A DNA stretch of 64,000 nucleotides from the human T2T-CHM13v2.0 reference genome, Homo sapiens, in assembly GCF_009914755.1 (NCBI RefSeq), contig NC_060942.1; one strand, given 5' to 3'. Made by a program: the position numbers and the translations under genes. Below are positions 29,901-44,150 of the stretch, piece by piece (within the stretch, counting starts at the first letter, position 1; the number at the start of each line of letters is the position of its first letter). The notes beneath the pieces are model-generated. The model had not been told where the DNA came from, ran no database searches, and saw only the letters and a program-made list of their open reading frames with translations.

Positions 29901-32900
29901 CTCAAAAGAATGCCTCACCTGAGACAGGTAAGACATGTCATTTTTCCTCAATCTAAAATAGCTGTTCTCAACCAGAGGTTATGTTGCCACCCAGATCCAA
30001 ATTTGATTAGAGGCATATGTGTGACTTTTGCAGCTCTGAGAATATAGTTTGCTTCTGATTCTGAAGGATAAATTTGGTAAACCACTAACAACGAAGATAA
30101 ATTTTCCCTCTAATTGGCTAAGTGAGCATTTTGTTCATATGATTGAGAACTTTCTGAATAAGTAGATAAATGTATAGAGGAGAAAGAGGCAAAGAAAAAA
30201 TACCAATCTGAAATATCTATTGTCTCCAGTTAATCTTTAGTTACAAGAAAATAAACAACACTAATGTCTGAATTAAGGAAGAACAGGGGGGAACATAATA
30301 AAACAAATCCAAGCAGAGGATAATAGATTATTTCGACAGAATACTCTAAAATTTCTTGTGCAAAAGAATTTACCAAGCCAATATATTCAATCAATTCATA
30401 GAATCTTCAAATAGGAAGATTCATATGCACAGTTCCAAAGTATTTGTACTGATATTGTATTACACTGATTTTGTAGCATATTTACCATAGAAATTAAGTT
30501 TTCCTCAAGCTAATGGTAAAACTGACTTACATTATTCCAACATAAAGACCCCAAAAATATATGTTAGATGATAAAACCTCAGGCTGGGATAAACATTGTA
30601 CTGTGTAGAGTCCATAGAAAGTTTATCCATGTAGATTTGAATTTAATTTTCTTTCTCAAAGCAGAGTCTCAGATTAACATTTTTAAGTCTTTAAGTTTAG
30701 AATATTATATATTATGATGATCTACCAATAAATTCTAGTAAATTCAAGAAAGTTAAAAATAAATAAATAAATAAAACACAAGGATTAATTCACTATGGAA
30801 GACTGAGGTTAAATCAAAGTGTAAATATTTTCTTAGCATGACTTTGATGAAATGACTCTTCTTCTCTACCCATAGTAACAAGTATCAGTGATCTCACTTG
30901 ACAGGGACAAGAAGTTTGTTCCTAACCCACCTCAGGGTGCCTGATCTGCTGCCAGCCAGGGTACAGTACCTCATAGGGGATACAGTTCAAGACAGGAAGT
31001 ACTAAAGTAACACCACAGTCTAATTATCCACTTCTTCCTAAGGACACAGATGGTGAATGATTGAAGCCAATCTGGCTACTGAATTTCTATTCAAATGTCT
31101 AAAAGAGAAGTCCTACCATGGAAATATGGAAGCAACAACATGAAGATACCTCCTTTCCTCCTAACACAACCAAAGGAAACACCTTTCCTCTCATTCCTCA
31201 CCTAGGTGTAAATCCATTTGTTTGAAAAGGGAAAAATAAGGTTTGGCTTGGAGCCTTAAAAGGAGTAAAGTTTAGCTAAGTATTTAAACAGCAGTATCTT
31301 GTTCTGTGTAAACTGAGATGATGAGAGAGCCTGCAGTGCCCTTTGCGTTTGTTTCGACAGTTACTTTTTGTCCCACTCTATCAGCTTGTGCTGGGAAATG
31401 TTTCAGAAGTCTCAGAATCAAAAACTAAAATTCAAACAAGTGGTGGCGGGGGGGTAAGCATGGTTCATTTTTGCTTACATTTTTGGGAACAGCTGATCTA
31501 GTTGCTGAGAAAAATGGGCAAAGAAAACCCACCAAAACATGCTTTGAAAGGTGGGACTTCCACAAGCTATCTCCCAGCCAGGAAAATGCAACCTAGTGTC
31601 CAAAGCAAAAAGGGAGTTGGGCTAAACCTAAGGAAAAATGAAGCAAAATAGCAATAAATTCGGGTCAGCCCAAAGGAGATGAAATGTCCTCTTCAGTCTT
31701 GTAGTTGTCTCACATTTATTTCCACAGTAATCTCTGTTTCTCAAAAACCCTGTGACTTTGGATGTCTTCTTTCAGGACAGAGTTGGGTGGTGCAGTTCAC
31801 TGACGAGCTCATGGATGAGTGGCAAGGAACATGCCCTCTGGAATGGGCTGGGAGTTGAGGAAAAGGCCCAGTGGTCAGAGCAAGACATCCAAAGGGCAGG
31901 GTTGAAGACCCCAGAAGTCATCACAGGCCACCAGAGAGCCATCATGGTGTCCCAGTAGGTATGGATCCCACAGTGATGGAGACTTGGGCAGCAAGTGATC
32001 CTCAGAATGTCCAGTCCAGGTGGCATGTGGCTTCTTCCTGTGCACGCCAGGAGCCCTGGATGCTCCACTCAAGTGTGTCCACTCCCTCACAGCTGGAAAA
32101 ATCATCTTCCAGAATGTCATTCCTTGCTCCACATAAGACTCGACCCCTCTACATTGCAAAGCCACATGCCCTCTCTTGATCTGATCTCTTCAAACCAATA
32201 TTGAGTTGGCTGTGAGTTTCAGTTCCTTCCAAGACACCGCCGTGAGCCCAATATTTTACCCCTTGGGAAAGATATGTTCCTGGCTCACACATATCACCTG
32301 ACATACACACCACCCCACTGATACACTGTACACACACACGTGGCCCAGGCTCTTGGCATACTGGCATAGATCTTCAGGGTGCATTATTCCAAAGGAATGA
32401 CCTGACCCCAGGAAGTGCTTGGTATCCAGAGAGCATTTCCAGAAACTCTATCAGCAGGAAGCAGGGCACAAGCCCTAAAGTGCAGTACAGGGCAGGACAG
32501 TGTAGAGTGACTGGTACTGCAGCAATGACACGTGCTTCCAGTATACTGCATGGGCTAGAAGCTAAGAAAAAAGGCCATCTCCTAGATTTCCACGCAGCTA
32601 GCAATGCAGTTGCAATTTAGATTCTGCTCCCCTCCCTCAGGAGACCTGAATTTGAGATGCATTAACCAGTAGAGGCTGCTTACAGCATCTGTTTCACTGG
32701 TGCAGGTTTTAGCAGGTCCACGTGGCTCCGGAGCCAGTGGTTTCGAGAGTGGTTCTCCCATCATCAGATGGCAGTTAGGATACTGTGTCCTAGTGAAACA
32801 GTTGTGGTGGGGACTTTCTGGTCTGCAGACTGTGAGTGTGGAGATGTGGCCCCGAAGAAAGGATTGGGGCAGCAGCTCCCCAGTGGAAGCCGGGGTACCC

Positions 32901-34017
32901 TTGCCAAGTTCCACTCTACTGGTCAAGGAGCCGAGCTGTGTCTGCTTCTCCAGCCTTCCAACAATTCTGTGAACATCTAAGCCCCTATGTGGAACCAACA
33001 ACTGCTTGGCACCTAGGAGGCATTTATTGCTGTCAGCTGAACATAATAAATAATAATAAATACTTACTGGCACAGTAGATGATGACAGAAATGATGCGGG
33101 TGACTGCACTCAGGGCTTGTCATTGGGTCTCGGTCATCTGAACACACTGCATTGCTGATGTGGGACGCTGGAGCCTATGGCCCTGTGTGGAATGCAGCCA
33201 GGCTGGTATCACCTGCCATCACCTGGGATGTGTCTATCTGGTGAAGGACGGCTGTCGCAGCAACACATCAAGGCCCAGGGAACAAGCACTTTGGAGATGC
33301 TTGGCTGCTTCTCCCCACACTGAAGAATTGAAAGAAAAGAAATAAAAGGCTCAGAGCTTTACCTCCTTGGCTCACTCGTGGACACAAAGTGGTTTTACGA
33401 TGGCTCTAAGTTTTCTCCGCAGGCCCTGCATGCTTCAACACAGGCTCACACTCACAGCACGGCCCAATGGCCTCCACAGAAGTCGAATTGTTGGTTGGGA
33501 AAGAGTGGGACCCAGTCATGGGGTTGGCGACATTTGGTAGCACTGGTGTAAGTCCAGTTTCACAGAACACCAGGACATCACGGAGCCTCCCACGCCTGGT
33601 GATGCTGATGCCGGCACCTGATATGTGATTGACGGAGATCCTGCCTTGTGCCACCATCGTGGGTACAAATACAGATAAAACACCACAGTCTCTGACCCCC
33701 CAGACGTATCATCTACAAGGAGAACTGGATGTGCTTGTAGAGAAACAGAAACAACGCGCTGTTGGAAATCATAGCTGTAAACCAATTTGGGCTGGTGTGG
33801 GCGTTGGGTTTGGGATTTGGAGACAGTACTACTGAGGAGGGTTTTCATAAAGACAGTAATATTCGTTCCAGCTTTTGAAAGTGAGCAAGGAATTCTCAGG
33901 TTAGTAGATGGAAAAACGTCTGAGTACAGAACAGAATGACATTTTTGGAGAATGGCACATAGTTCAATACAGCTGGATCCCAAATTTCCCTGGGAAGGTC
34001 AGAAGGAAATTAGTCTA

Positions 34018-34333
<316 letters not shown>

Positions 34334-34621
34334 TAAAAAGCAGGCTAATGTCTTATTAATGACATTTTTGCTTTACAAACAAGTCGGGATTCATCCTGTA
34401 GTTAACATGGAGCTAGAAAAGTCCTCATTAGGGTAATAAGACAATGAGATTTCAATTGCAGATAAGTTGTTCTCCTATGATGCGGAGGAGACGAGTTGAG
34501 CCTGGCTCCAGGCAGGCAGTCAGCAGGCTGTTCACAGAAGAGATGGAATGATGCTGGCCTGAACCCCCAGACTTCTAGGCCAAAGGAAGGGAGCTGCCCA
34601 GGTACATGCCTCCACAATGCA

Positions 34622-34646
34622 GGGGCGGGGGCAGGGGCGGGTAGGG
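34622..34646 (+). promoter_or_regulatory. Tandem GC boxes / five-tract G-quadruplex motif
   Basis: GGGGCGGGGGCAGGGGCGGGTAGGG; motif only, function not shown. Confidence 0.4.
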
Positions 34647-35157
34647 CAAAGGAATCTAACTGCTCAGTTCCTTCTTCCCAGACCCTTCTTCAGCGGCTGA
34701 GGTCACCATTTAGATCCAAGGTCTATGTCATTGGCCCAAAGCCCATGGCATCCCCCTGGCTGCCACCATCAATACATTCTCCTTCAAATAGAGTCACAGA
34801 TCCTATGCCTGGAGGGATGGCTCCGGGCAAGGGAAACCATACATGATGTTTTCCTAAATACATAGAAGAATGGCATTTTATTTCAGACATAACATTTTAA
34901 CAAGTACAAGGGCAGTTCAAAGAGAGCAGGCAGCACATAAAAATGGACAGCTACATCTCAGCACCTAAAAGAGGGCATAGCTGGGGAATCTCAGCCCTGC
35001 AGAAAAGGCAAGCATTCATGGGGGAATGGAAGCATGTATCCATGAGTCTCTAAAGTATTAAATAGCACAATCATTGCATTTGGAGGGAAATCATGAAATA
35101 AAATTCAAAGCAACATAATTGGCAGTAGCCAGATTTAAATTTTGTGAAGAAAAATCT

Positions 35158-35488
35158 AGGGCGGGGCAAAGTGGCTCACACTTGTAATCCCAGCATTTTG
35201 GGAGGCTGAGGCGAGCGGATCGCGTGAGCCCAGGAGTTCGAGACCAGCCTGGGCAATATAGCAAGGCGCCATCTCTACAAACAACACACAGATTAGCCAG
35301 GCATGGTGGTGTGTGCCTGTGCCAGGCATGGTGGTGTGCACCTGTGGTCCCAGGCACTGGGGAGGCTGCAGTGTGAGCATCGCTTGACCCCAGGAGGTCG
35401 AGGCTGCAGTCAGCACTGATCACTCCACTGCCCTCTAGCCTGGGAGAAAAAGCAAGAACCTGTCTTAAAAAAAAAAAAGAAAAAAAAA
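35158..35488 (+). mobile_element. AluJ with internal 25-bp tandem duplication
   Basis: J-type GAGCCCAGGAGTTCGAG...CCTGGGCAATATAGC and GGTCGAGGCTGCAGT; duplicated units 35296-35320 and 35321-35345. Confidence 0.93.
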
Positions 35489-38214
35489 TTAAGCCAAACA
35501 CCACAAGATATTTCCTCAGAAACCTCTGTACATGATCACAGCCCATGGGAGTGGCACAGCCCTGAATCTTATGAGACTAAACAAAGCGTCGGTCAAATAT
35601 TTTGAGAAACAAAAGGCAAATAGAAGGGATCTTTTACTAATGCAAGTTGAGATTACTGAGATTTGAAAATATATAATATGGAAAGACATTTTTGTATTGG
35701 GGAAGAGGAGGAAGAGAGCTCCATTATTTAAGGGAATATGTGCCTTTTTATTTAAGGCACATATTTAAGGGAATTATTTAAGGGAATATGTGCCTTTTTT
35801 TATCCAGCTAAAATCTGAACTAACTAAATAACAGAACTTTCTGTGCACATCAAAACAGTCCCAGGGAAAACGAGCTCTTGGCAGGGATTCCAAGCTCCTG
35901 AAAACACTCACCCACTTGGAGAGACACAGCTCTGACTGGCTAAAGACATGGGCACTCTGAGCAGGGAAGGTTTTATCAGAATTCCAAAAGATTCCATACA
36001 CACCCTCTACGGAGGGGGCCCTTTAGAAATACCCGTTTTTGCTTATGTTTGTATTTCTTTTACTGTTATTTGAATCTCAATGGGAACCTCAAAATGAAAA
36101 AGGAAAGACTGTTTTCTGAAATCAATTCTCTACTCTTCCGCCTTCCTGAATGAAAGCCAGCACTCATCAAAGACTCCCGTCTTTATAGGTGTAAATACAC
36201 CGGATGGGTAGAAAGCTCCCCTTTCCCATTCATTACTGTCATCGATTTGAAGAGAAAAAAGCAGGGGTCATTTATTAGAGGTTACTTTTCATGCAAAACA
36301 CCCCATGTTAGCTGTCATTCAAAGGACTTTAGTCTACGCCCTCACTCGTATATTAGCAGGGCTTCAGGTCATAACCTTTTATGGCATTTGGAATTCCAGA
36401 ACCTCTGATTAGTGCAATATTTACATATCCTCCAGTAGAAACGGTCCTCCATGGAAATGCATGAAGTGTTGTAAATTTGTTTGGCCTTTAGTCTAGACTA
36501 TACATGAACTCTGAATTCAAAGCAGGGTGCATTAAACGATATTACTTTATCTTGTGATAGTGTTTCCATTAGTGGGACTCCAGTTAACCCTTTAGAGATA
36601 AACCAGCCTTTCAAGCCAGGAACATCAATTGAGGGAGGTTTTTTCAGTAAAATTAATAGTTGCCACTTACTTGAACTACCTTGACCATCTGATCCCATTT
36701 ATATGTTTCCATATGAGAGAAGTATCTGTGTCAAAATCAGCCTTGATTTAATGGCCTCAGTGGGATTTGAAATGGTGAGAATTTACTGGAAGTTTTAAGA
36801 ACGTTAATGAATTATTGCATCATTACCTTAGAGGAAGACATCACTAATCTTTGACTTTCTGATCTACAATAATAAGGGAGCATCTTTTGTTGGCATTTCA
36901 AGATCAATATATGCTTTCTGTTTTTAATTTGCCAAATTATATTGTTCCACTAGCTGAGACTACTAAGTCTGCACCTGACTTGTGAATTTAACCAATGGGT
37001 AGGCGGTTGAAAATTGCCATACTTCAGTATGGAAAGAGTGGCCCAAAAATCTACCAACTCAATATTACTTTACAGGGTAATTTTTTTAATAAAGTTTATG
37101 TAGAAAAGATGTCCACAAGCTATGGCAGAGGTCTGCCAGGAAACAGACGACTGTATGCTTATTAAAATTCCTATGTCACTCAAACTGAGGAATGTGATGT
37201 ACTTTTTTAGAAACAGTTTACAAATCTCCCTTAATCTGCTACTCCAGCTGCACTGGGGCTTTGAAAAGACACATGTGTTATTGTTATCTTCTTCCAAAAC
37301 ATGGTCTTCCTCCTGTGAAATCGGATGTGTGGATGCCTAGTGTAACATCCAATTTCAAAAAGAATTTCATCTCAGACAGCCTAATTCCCACCTGAAACTT
37401 TTGAGCATCATTTAAAATACGTTTGGTTGCAAGGGTTGTCCAATGAAGACATAGCTGCATTTTTTAATTTTATGTTTTGAACTGTCCACTCCGCCCTGAA
37501 TTGTGAGTGTTGGAATCCATCTTCCACATGCAAAAAAATGACAGGGCTGGTGAGTGGTAAGAGGCAGGAAAGGGTTTGAAGATCGAAGGTGGGTGTGACC
37601 TGTGGACACTTACAGCACTCAGTCCCATTTACATCTCCTTCAAAGTACAGAACGATGGACATGTTAAACATCACTCCTTCACTTTAGTCTTGAGACCATG
37701 ACTCACAAGCTGCTTCTGCTTTTTCATCTGACATTGCTTCTCATTCCCTGTCTTCCAACCCTGTTCTCTTTTCTTGAGAACAGTTTCCATCTTTCTGACT
37801 AATCACCCACCCAGAACCTTGTAAACAAATGATATGTATCTAATACAGCTGCATTTTCCAAACACCTGTTAACAGCAGATAACAATATCATATTAGAATT
37901 CAATCCATAAAACAGAAAAATATCATATCTGCATTTTATAAGTCAAAAGAATATTAAAATTAGTCATTTCTTCCCAGCCTCTAAAAAGATATGTTAATTT
38001 TTAGCTTGGTTTGAGAAACAAGCATGGTTGAAATAACACAAATTGTCTCAGAAGGAAATCTTCACTTTAGCGTAAGGACATTCAGACTTTTTTTTGGACC
38101 CCTGGGTATTTGTTGCAATCAGAAACTTGGTTTGACAAATAAAATTAGCAGCTACCCTTACTGCATGCGGATATTGGAGCTACAGTAAGTTATATATATT
38201 ATATTACTTAGTAC

Positions 38215-38345
38215 TCACTGCTAATACCCCTGTTGGTGTGGAAATTGTATCTTCAGCTGGGGACCCTGAGGTTCAGAGAGGGAAATTAACTTGTCTAGGG
38301 TCACGGCTGGGTTAGTGGTGGCAAGAAAACGATCTGAGCTCTCTC
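38215..38345 (-). mobile_element. MIR fragment
   Basis: CTGAGGTTCAGAGAGGGAAATTAACTTGTCTAGGGTCACGG core. Confidence 0.65.
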
Positions 38346-39524
38346 CCCATCTGTTCTCCTGCCCGGCATCTCGGTTGTGCCGCAAGGCACACCAGGAGGG
38401 GTTGCACCTTGAAGATGCCCTTGTTGTGAGGTCAACCTGATGCAAAGGAGCTTAAAGCTGCCCCTGGCCTGAAGGAGGCAGTGAGTAGTGACCAGACACG
38501 AAAATACAATGAAAAAGGTGATTCTCGTCTCTTTCGGAAACAGACTGGCCATTATCCGTCTTTCTTATGGGATCTGCAGTCTTCTTGGACCTATTAAAAA
38601 TGCAGGTATAAACAAACACAAATGGTTTGAGGATGACCCAGTGTTTTGGATTTTCCACTCCTTGGTACACTTTTATTACTGCAGGGAGTCACAGCATCTG
38701 CCAAAGTAAAAAATTGTCACACAAAGAATAAATATCTGACTAAATGGGTAAAACAAAATCAAGTGAACAGGACATGGTCTCACAAGCCACCTGTAGCTCT
38801 CCCAACACACATGAAAGGAGGCTGAGCATTTTATCATCATTATAATCACAATCATTTTATAATCACAACTGAAACCTACAAAATGACAACCAGCCTTCCA
38901 GGACAGGCTATGCACACATTGTGTGAGGGAAAAGGGGGGACACCCACAAACTCTACAGCATTATCCTACTAAAGTAGGTCAGAGCAATGAACTTGAGTAC
39001 TGTGTGAGTAATCCACTCTGTGAAGAGTCTAACATGACTCTGATGGGTAGAAAGGGAAGTTTAACTTCAACTGCGAGTCCCAGCCACCTACTCTCTGTGG
39101 AGACATGCATACCATTGTGTTATTTCTCTTTCTTATGCATAAAAGTGAAATTCTAACATTCTGTTTAAAAGAAAATAAACATTTGTTACCACTTCTATAG
39201 AATAATTTTACTTCTGTGGTCATAAAGTCATCACTTCTACAGAATAATTTTATGTCTACTGTGGTCATTAAAGTCTACATGAGTGGGGAGGGTGCAGAGG
39301 GGCAGAGAAAAGTGGAGGATGTTTGTAAGAGCCCAGGTGGGCTCTTTGGAAGGTGCGAGGTGCGCGAGGGAGGAGCTAGTGATTGACGCGTGTGGTCATC
39401 ACCTGTCCCTTATTGCAGCCACAATCTGGAGCTGGGCACAGGTACCAGCTTGTTCTCTCTAGCAGCCCTTGCTAGCAGCCCTTGCTCAGGTCCCTCCACA
39501 GCCATTTCTACTCAATCTGGGTCA

Positions 39525-39936
<412 letters not shown>

Positions 39937-41366
39937 TCAAATTGACAATGGCTCATTCTGCCCAGCATGTGGATTTGATAAAGGTGCCTGTGCATTAACG
40001 TGGAAAGAGGGGCAGTTATTTATTTCACTCATCAGTCAGGACCCTAGGTAGGAACAATTCTCAAATACAACTACAGATTCAATTCTGGAACTCAGCTTTA
40101 GCTTCAGCAATCGCTTCCACCACAGAGAGAAATGCATCCAGCTCTCTTAGGAACAGGTATTCTTCTCTTCCACGGGAATATTGGCTTGACTGATCCCTGG
40201 CAGTTTCAGAAACAGAAACAAATCCATTTGCTTAAGAAGACAAAGCCACACACAATACTTAACTCATTAGAATGATTTAGCCGTGGCTGGGTATTGGCTT
40301 TGGCTGAGAGCACTGGAAGAAGTCCTGTGTATACAAACTTTTAGATTTCATCCCAATACTTTGTCTCCCATCCAAAATATTCCAGATCAAAGACCATGCT
40401 CCAAGTCCTGTGGGGGGAAAAAAATGGCTACATAAGAATTACCCTGTAATGGAGACATTTGCCAAGCTGGTTTTAAAAATTAAGTGTAAATAAACATGAT
40501 TTTATGTACGTGGTGGCCGTGAGTTAAACAATCTGGTAGAAAGGCAGGCTCCATCTCGTTTCTTGTGCACGCAGATATTTGCTAAGCAAACGTAACCACA
40601 GTGATAACAAACAACCACATTATTGTACCCAAATGCATCCTTTTCCCCAACAGTTATTTTTGTTCCCCTTCTCTAAAAAATGTTCATACACAGAAAGAAA
40701 ATAATCATGGTGTGGAAGTCCAGAGCTCACAGATCAATACTGCCCATTCTGCAAGTATGTTTCTGTCCCTTCTCTCTTTGGCTTTTTGAGCATAGAAGAT
40801 ATAAAATAGGCCTTTGAGAATTCCATGAAATAACTCTACTTTATGCTCAAATCACCCATAAAATGCACAATGAGAATCATGAATATAATTTTTATACCCA
40901 AGTTGAATTCCTAGGCGAGGCAGCAGTTGTTGTACTTTGACTAGTTGACTGGGCTAGTTATCTTCAGCAAAGTGCAAGGATAGGTTGTAGACTCCACTCT
41001 GTGCTGGCCAATCAACTCTGCTCTTTTCTGTGGCCACAGACAGCTCACCTAATACCAGGTGGATGTCTTATAATTAAATGTCATCAGTCACAGAGCATTT
41101 GGGCAAGAGAATGGGAAGGAAACCACATCATCCTAACTCCAGAAAGCTAACGCTACTGAACACTAGTCAGTCTTACATCTGTGTGTGGTGGACTAAAGGA
41201 GTGAGAGCTGAATGAATGTGTGAATAATAAGCTTTGAAAATGGTGAAGTGCCACACAAATACAAGTTTTCACAACAGACCAAATCCAGAAGGTCTGGCAA
41301 AAACAGAACTGGAAAGTCATTTTTATGCATACAGTCTGAATCAGGTTTCTTATTGCAAGCGCTTCA

Positions 41367-41640
<274 letters not shown>

Positions 41641-42397
41641 TAAAAAAAGATTAAGTTGTTGTGAGGATTTAATGAGCTTATGCACAGGAAAGTCTTCTCA
41701 CTGTTCCCAATGCAATAGATACCTCCTCAAAGGTTAAATTACATGCACTGCACTACGCCTGAATTTGTAACACCTTGCCAGGTTACCCTATGCTCTTCCA
41801 TGCAACTTTGCAAATTCCCATTGTCACCTCCCCTGCGGAGTCTTCCTCACTTCTCCCATCCTCAAAGCAAAATTAACCCTTTCTTCAGCATTTCCTTCAG
41901 AGATACAGAGAGCACTTATGTTACGCAAACGGTTGTAGTTTCTTTTTCATCTCTGTCTCCCTGTTTCTAACAGTCTGACTTGTACCCAGTATGTGTTCAA
42001 TAAATTCATGTGAAACCTATTTGTGTCATTAGGGGCTTAATGGCTGGTAACCAGAAGTGTCATTTTCTCCGGAGACGCAGACTTTGTCTTGGCCATGAGT
42101 CATTCAAATTAGTAATTCCAACAGAGCTAGTTGGTAAATATCACCACGCAGCTATATGCAACCAGTACTAAAATTTGCTACTGGCTAAGGCTTTTCTTTG
42201 GCAACAACAAGAAAAGACCCCTGTTAATAATGGAGGAGAAATCACCAGGCACTCTTACTGCACTGTAGTTAGCATCTCGAGTTCTCTCAGAGAACGGCAA
42301 ACTTCTAATAAGAAGTTCAAAGACATCCTTAAGAACGTGCCATTCAAGTTACATGAATACATTTAAGATGTGAGGAGAACCCTCAATGTAAAAATTA

Positions 42398-42700
<303 letters not shown>

Positions 42701-43949
42701 AAAAATTACAATACAGACAGGCTATCTTATTCTGCATAGAGTTCATGTTCACTTTTGCTGCCTGAACACAGCAGATCAAATAGTACGGTACCTACAGTAA
42801 ATCTAGCCAAGCCTTCCAAAGGGGACCCTCTTCAGTGAGAAGCTAAATGTTACTTGGTGCAAATGATTCAGCAGCTGGTATAGCTGAGTTTATAAGCTGG
42901 GCTGAAAAGTTTGATGTGGTGAACTAGGTTATAACATGTGATGCGTCACAAAGTCATTGATAGATATATTATGTGCAAAGAGAGCGCCAGGCCAACTCAA
43001 CCTGTACAGTTTTTTTTTTAGCTTTATTATGTAATAGTCCTCAATTCATCACAAAGATGTTTAAATCACAAAGATTTTCAGAAGATTCCCCCTGCTTATT
43101 GGTAAAACTTAAAAGGCAATTTTTACAGCTCTGTTTTCTTAAGAAATATAATGAGTAAGCATATTGAGACATTTTTAAACACACATAGGAAAATATTTTT
43201 GTCATGTAAATTTTCCAGGGTATGGTTCAGAGAGGCAGTCATTTGTGTGAAGCTATATTAAGATGCTTATTTAAAAAATAACTCCAGATTTGACAAGTTA
43301 CTCTGCCTTTAAGGGAAAATATTCAGAGAGTTCATTAAAAACCACAGAGAGAAAACTAAAACCTTCTAAGAGGTATATCTCCATTTCTTCCAAGCTATGC
43401 AATTTAATTCAAGCCTTTTTTTCTAAGTGTCTACATTTATTCAAAAGTGACCTAACACGAAGACTGGATAATTACTGGAACGTCTACACTGATCCAGTAC
43501 TGATTACTGCCCTGGCTCTTACATCTCAGTCATCTATCTCAAACATTATTAAATATTAGGGATTCCTGTGATTTGTTTTGTCATCTCTCTACTTCCAACT
43601 TTCCTGCCACTCACTGCCAAGAGATTGTGAACAAAAGCCTGCTGCTTTAATCTCAATTTGTTACACTAAAAATGCAAAATTAAAGAAAAATGAGGAAAGT
43701 TTAATATTACCAGGGAATGTGATTGATAACGTTGTGTCATGTTATGAGTTTTAATATTATAAACTGAGTTTTATGTTACTCTCTTCTAATAGTGACATAT
43801 TTAACATTTTAAGACTGATATAATAATTTTATGGGGTAAAATGGATATTATTAGATGATTAGACTGTAGTACTTTGTCAAATTCTTGTATATTAAATACA
43901 AAAAAAATACAATAAAAATAAGAGACTCTCCTACCGTCTGCTGAGTGAA

Positions 43950-44150
43950 AGAAGATAATGCATCCATCTGCGTGTCCTCCTTGTGCTCAGCGCCATCCCA
44001 AACCCTGCTCAGGGCTCTGAGTCACATCGTTTCTGTGGCACCAGATAAAAACCAAGCATTGTCTCTTATCTTCGTAAACAACTTACAATCGTTTGTGGCT
44101 GGCTATCGCGGCTGAATCTTTGTTTTATTCACAGGCGGTGCTCCCCCGAA
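43950..44150. promoter_or_regulatory. Enhancer-like motif cluster (3x GATA, AP-1, forkhead)
   Basis: AGATAA 43953 and 44043, TTATCT 44066, TGAGTCA 44018, GTAAACA 44074; CpGs locally retained. Confidence 0.45.

Noticed and set aside
31752-33983. Cluster of overlapping 70-175-aa ORFs on both strands
   Set aside because: No recognisable domain, and such ORFs are expected in locally GC-richer DNA. Part (~32560-32980) may be an ancient ERVL LTR remnant that I cannot confirm.
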